DNA of 44,460 bases from a virus. Taxonomy: Duplodnaviria; Caudoviricetes. Numbering within the stretch: the first letter of the stretch is position 1; every line of letters starts with the position of its first letter. Positions 43,288-44,460 of the stretch are shown here, one piece after another. Under the pieces are notes generated by a model. That model saw only the letters and a program-made list of their open reading frames with translations, made no database searches and was not told where the DNA came from. The DNA lies in IMG/VR virus record IMGVR_UViG_3300037462_000270, positions 1 to 44,460 of that record; one strand, given 5' to 3'. The translations under genes and the position numbers were made by a program.

Positions 43288-43793
43288 GACTGCGCGAGCC
43301 TCGAAATCGCCACACTGGTCAGTTCATGGAATCGCGGCGAGGGGTAGATCACGAGTACGCCGTCAGACACCCACGGCCGCACCGCGATGCCGATACCCGG
43401 CTGGTCGCCACGCCACTTCCGGACCCGCCCGTCGACGATGCGGCTGTCCTGCGCGATGAACCGCAGCGCCGCCAGTCGGTCGGTCAGCGTCTTGGCCGCG
43501 TTGTCCCAGTCCGGCTTGGTGTCGTGCGGAATGCGCCCACACGCCCGGGCCTTCTTGCTGTCGGACTTCAGCCAGGGCCACGTCAGTTCGATGTCGAGCA
43601 CCAGCGGCCCGTCCCCGCCGATCGGGCTGGCCGGCTGGTGCCGCAGGAGCAGCGCGTCGATCGTGTCCTTCGCCTCCACCAGTTCCGGCCTGTCGGCCAG
43701 GCGGGAGAAGCGTCCGATCTTGACGATGCGCTTGGCGTGATGTGACGTCTTGGGCGGCACACACGGCAGGAACAGCACGAGCCCGTCGCTCAT
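43284..43793 (-). CDS. rusA: RusA-family Holliday junction resolvase
   Basis: HDTKPDWDNAAKTLTDRL...QDSRIV; ATG 43793. Confidence 0.85.
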   Translation of the reverse strand: MSDGLVLFLPCVPPKTSHHAKRIVKIGRFSRLADRPELVEAKDTIDALLLRHQPASPIGGDGPLVLDIELTWPWLKSDSKKARACGRIPHDTKPDWDNAAKTLTDRLAALRFIAQDSRIVDGRVRKWRGDQPGIGIAVRPWVSDGVLVIYPSPRFHELTSVAISRLAQS

Positions 43794-44107
43794 CGCCGTC
43801 CCCCCTGACACGCGGTACAGACCAGGGGCGCGCCGTCTGCGGCCCGTTCGCCGGACGTCTTCGTGCCGTGGCAGTCGGGGCATACCTTCCTTGCCCGCCT
43901 TGCCCGCTCGGCCTTCTTGGCCCGTTCCTGCCACGGCCACCACATCACGAGCACATGGAACCAGCCGAACCCGAACGAGAGCATGTCGCCGTCGTACCAC
44001 TCGCGCTCGTAGCCCCAGCGCGGCGACAGCGACCACCCGCTCAGCACTTGGACACACCAGTTCCCGGCCGCCACGTACCACCGGCCCACTTCTGGATGCA
44101 GGCTCAT
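43790..44107 (-). CDS. Trp-rich protein with C-terminal DnaJ-type zinc finger
   Basis: CPDCHG...CTACQG. Confidence 0.6.
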   Translation of the reverse strand: MSLHPEVGRWYVAAGNWCVQVLSGWSLSPRWGYEREWYDGDMLSFGFGWFHVLVMWWPWQERAKKAERARRARKVCPDCHGTKTSGERAADGAPLVCTACQGGRR

Positions 44108-44364
44108 GCCTTCCCCCGTTCCCGCCACTCCTGCCACGCCGCGAGGTCTCCGGACACGCTCACGAGTTCCGCCACCCCCTGCAGCCGCCGCGCGTGGTGG
44201 GCGGCCTCGGTGGCGTAGGTGCCGGCAGCGGCGGCAGCGGCGCTAGCGGGGTCAGACAGGTTGAGCCGCCATACGTGCGCGAATTGGCTCGCCCGTTCCA
44301 TCGCCTCCACCGTCCGCACAATCCCCTCCATTGTCCCCAAGTCGTAGTCGGATGGGCGGGTCAT
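44104..44364 (-). CDS. Hypothetical protein
   Basis: ATGA-coupled on both sides. Confidence 0.55.
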   Translation of the reverse strand: MTRPSDYDLGTMEGIVRTVEAMERASQFAHVWRLNLSDPASAAAAAAGTYATEAAHHARRLQGVAELVSVSGDLAAWQEWRERGKA

Positions 44365-44460
44365 CGGGGGGCCTCGGGCAGCTCTGGCAGGGGCATCCAG
44401 TGCGTCGGGTAGACATTGCCGCCATCGCTCCACCACCCATGCGGTTTCCACGCGTGGGTC
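44361..44460 (-). CDS. DUF551-like protein, 3' part (begins at 169)
   Basis: ...HAWKPHGWWSDGGNVYPTHWMPLPELPEAPR stop. Confidence 0.85.
   Translation of the reverse strand, partial: THAWKPHGWWSDGGNVYPTHWMPLPELPEAPR
44417..44460. repeat. Terminal direct repeat (right copy)
   Basis: Matches 1-44 with one mismatch. Confidence 0.95.

Larger units (their letters stand above)
1..44460. mobile_element. Complete temperate phage genome, excised/circular form
   Basis: End overlap, intact attP, full set of lysogeny, replication, packaging, virion and lysis modules, no host genes. Confidence 0.92.

Noticed and set aside
1-44460. Reverse transcriptase systems (DGR, retron), tape measure with frameshifted chaperone, alternative genetic code
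   Set aside because: No RT motifs or TR/VR pair were seen, no long-tail genes are present, and core genes are intact under the standard code

Overview
The window is an apparently complete, circularly permuted genome (~44.4 kb, very GC-rich) of a temperate tailed phage with a podovirus-like virion module. The last 44 nt repeat the first 44 nt (1 mismatch), and a DUF551-like gene reads across the junction. An intact attP, matching the 3' half of a tRNA-Ala(CGC), lies next to a tyrosine integrase, so this is the excised form. Nearly all genes are on the minus strand. The early region has Cro, Xis-like, CII-like and wHTH regulators, a 5'-3' exonuclease/RecT-like annealing fusion, a protein with an SSB-type DDDIPF tail, two DNA methyltransferases and a DUF1376-like initiator with internal iterons. 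Next come nin-like genes (Ead/Ea22, DUF551, RusA, DUF5662/HD, a PEP-CTERM protein). The late region has terminases, portal, scaffold, capsid, decoration/spike proteins, a Calx-beta protein, adaptor, tail tube, a signal-peptide-bearing fibre, ejection proteins and lysis genes (SleB-type hydrolase, holin). The plus-strand lysogeny operon is CI-like HTH, stand-alone PAS protein, small membrane protein, integrase. The best novelty candidates are the exonuclease-SSAP fusion with its SSB-tail partner, the PAS sensor in the immunity operon, the exported fibre pair, the phage PEP-CTERM protein and a switch-like RNA structure upstream of the endolysin. All family calls come from motif recognition by eye, not database searches. 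The host is unknown; a high-GC diderm such as Acidobacteriota is only an inference.
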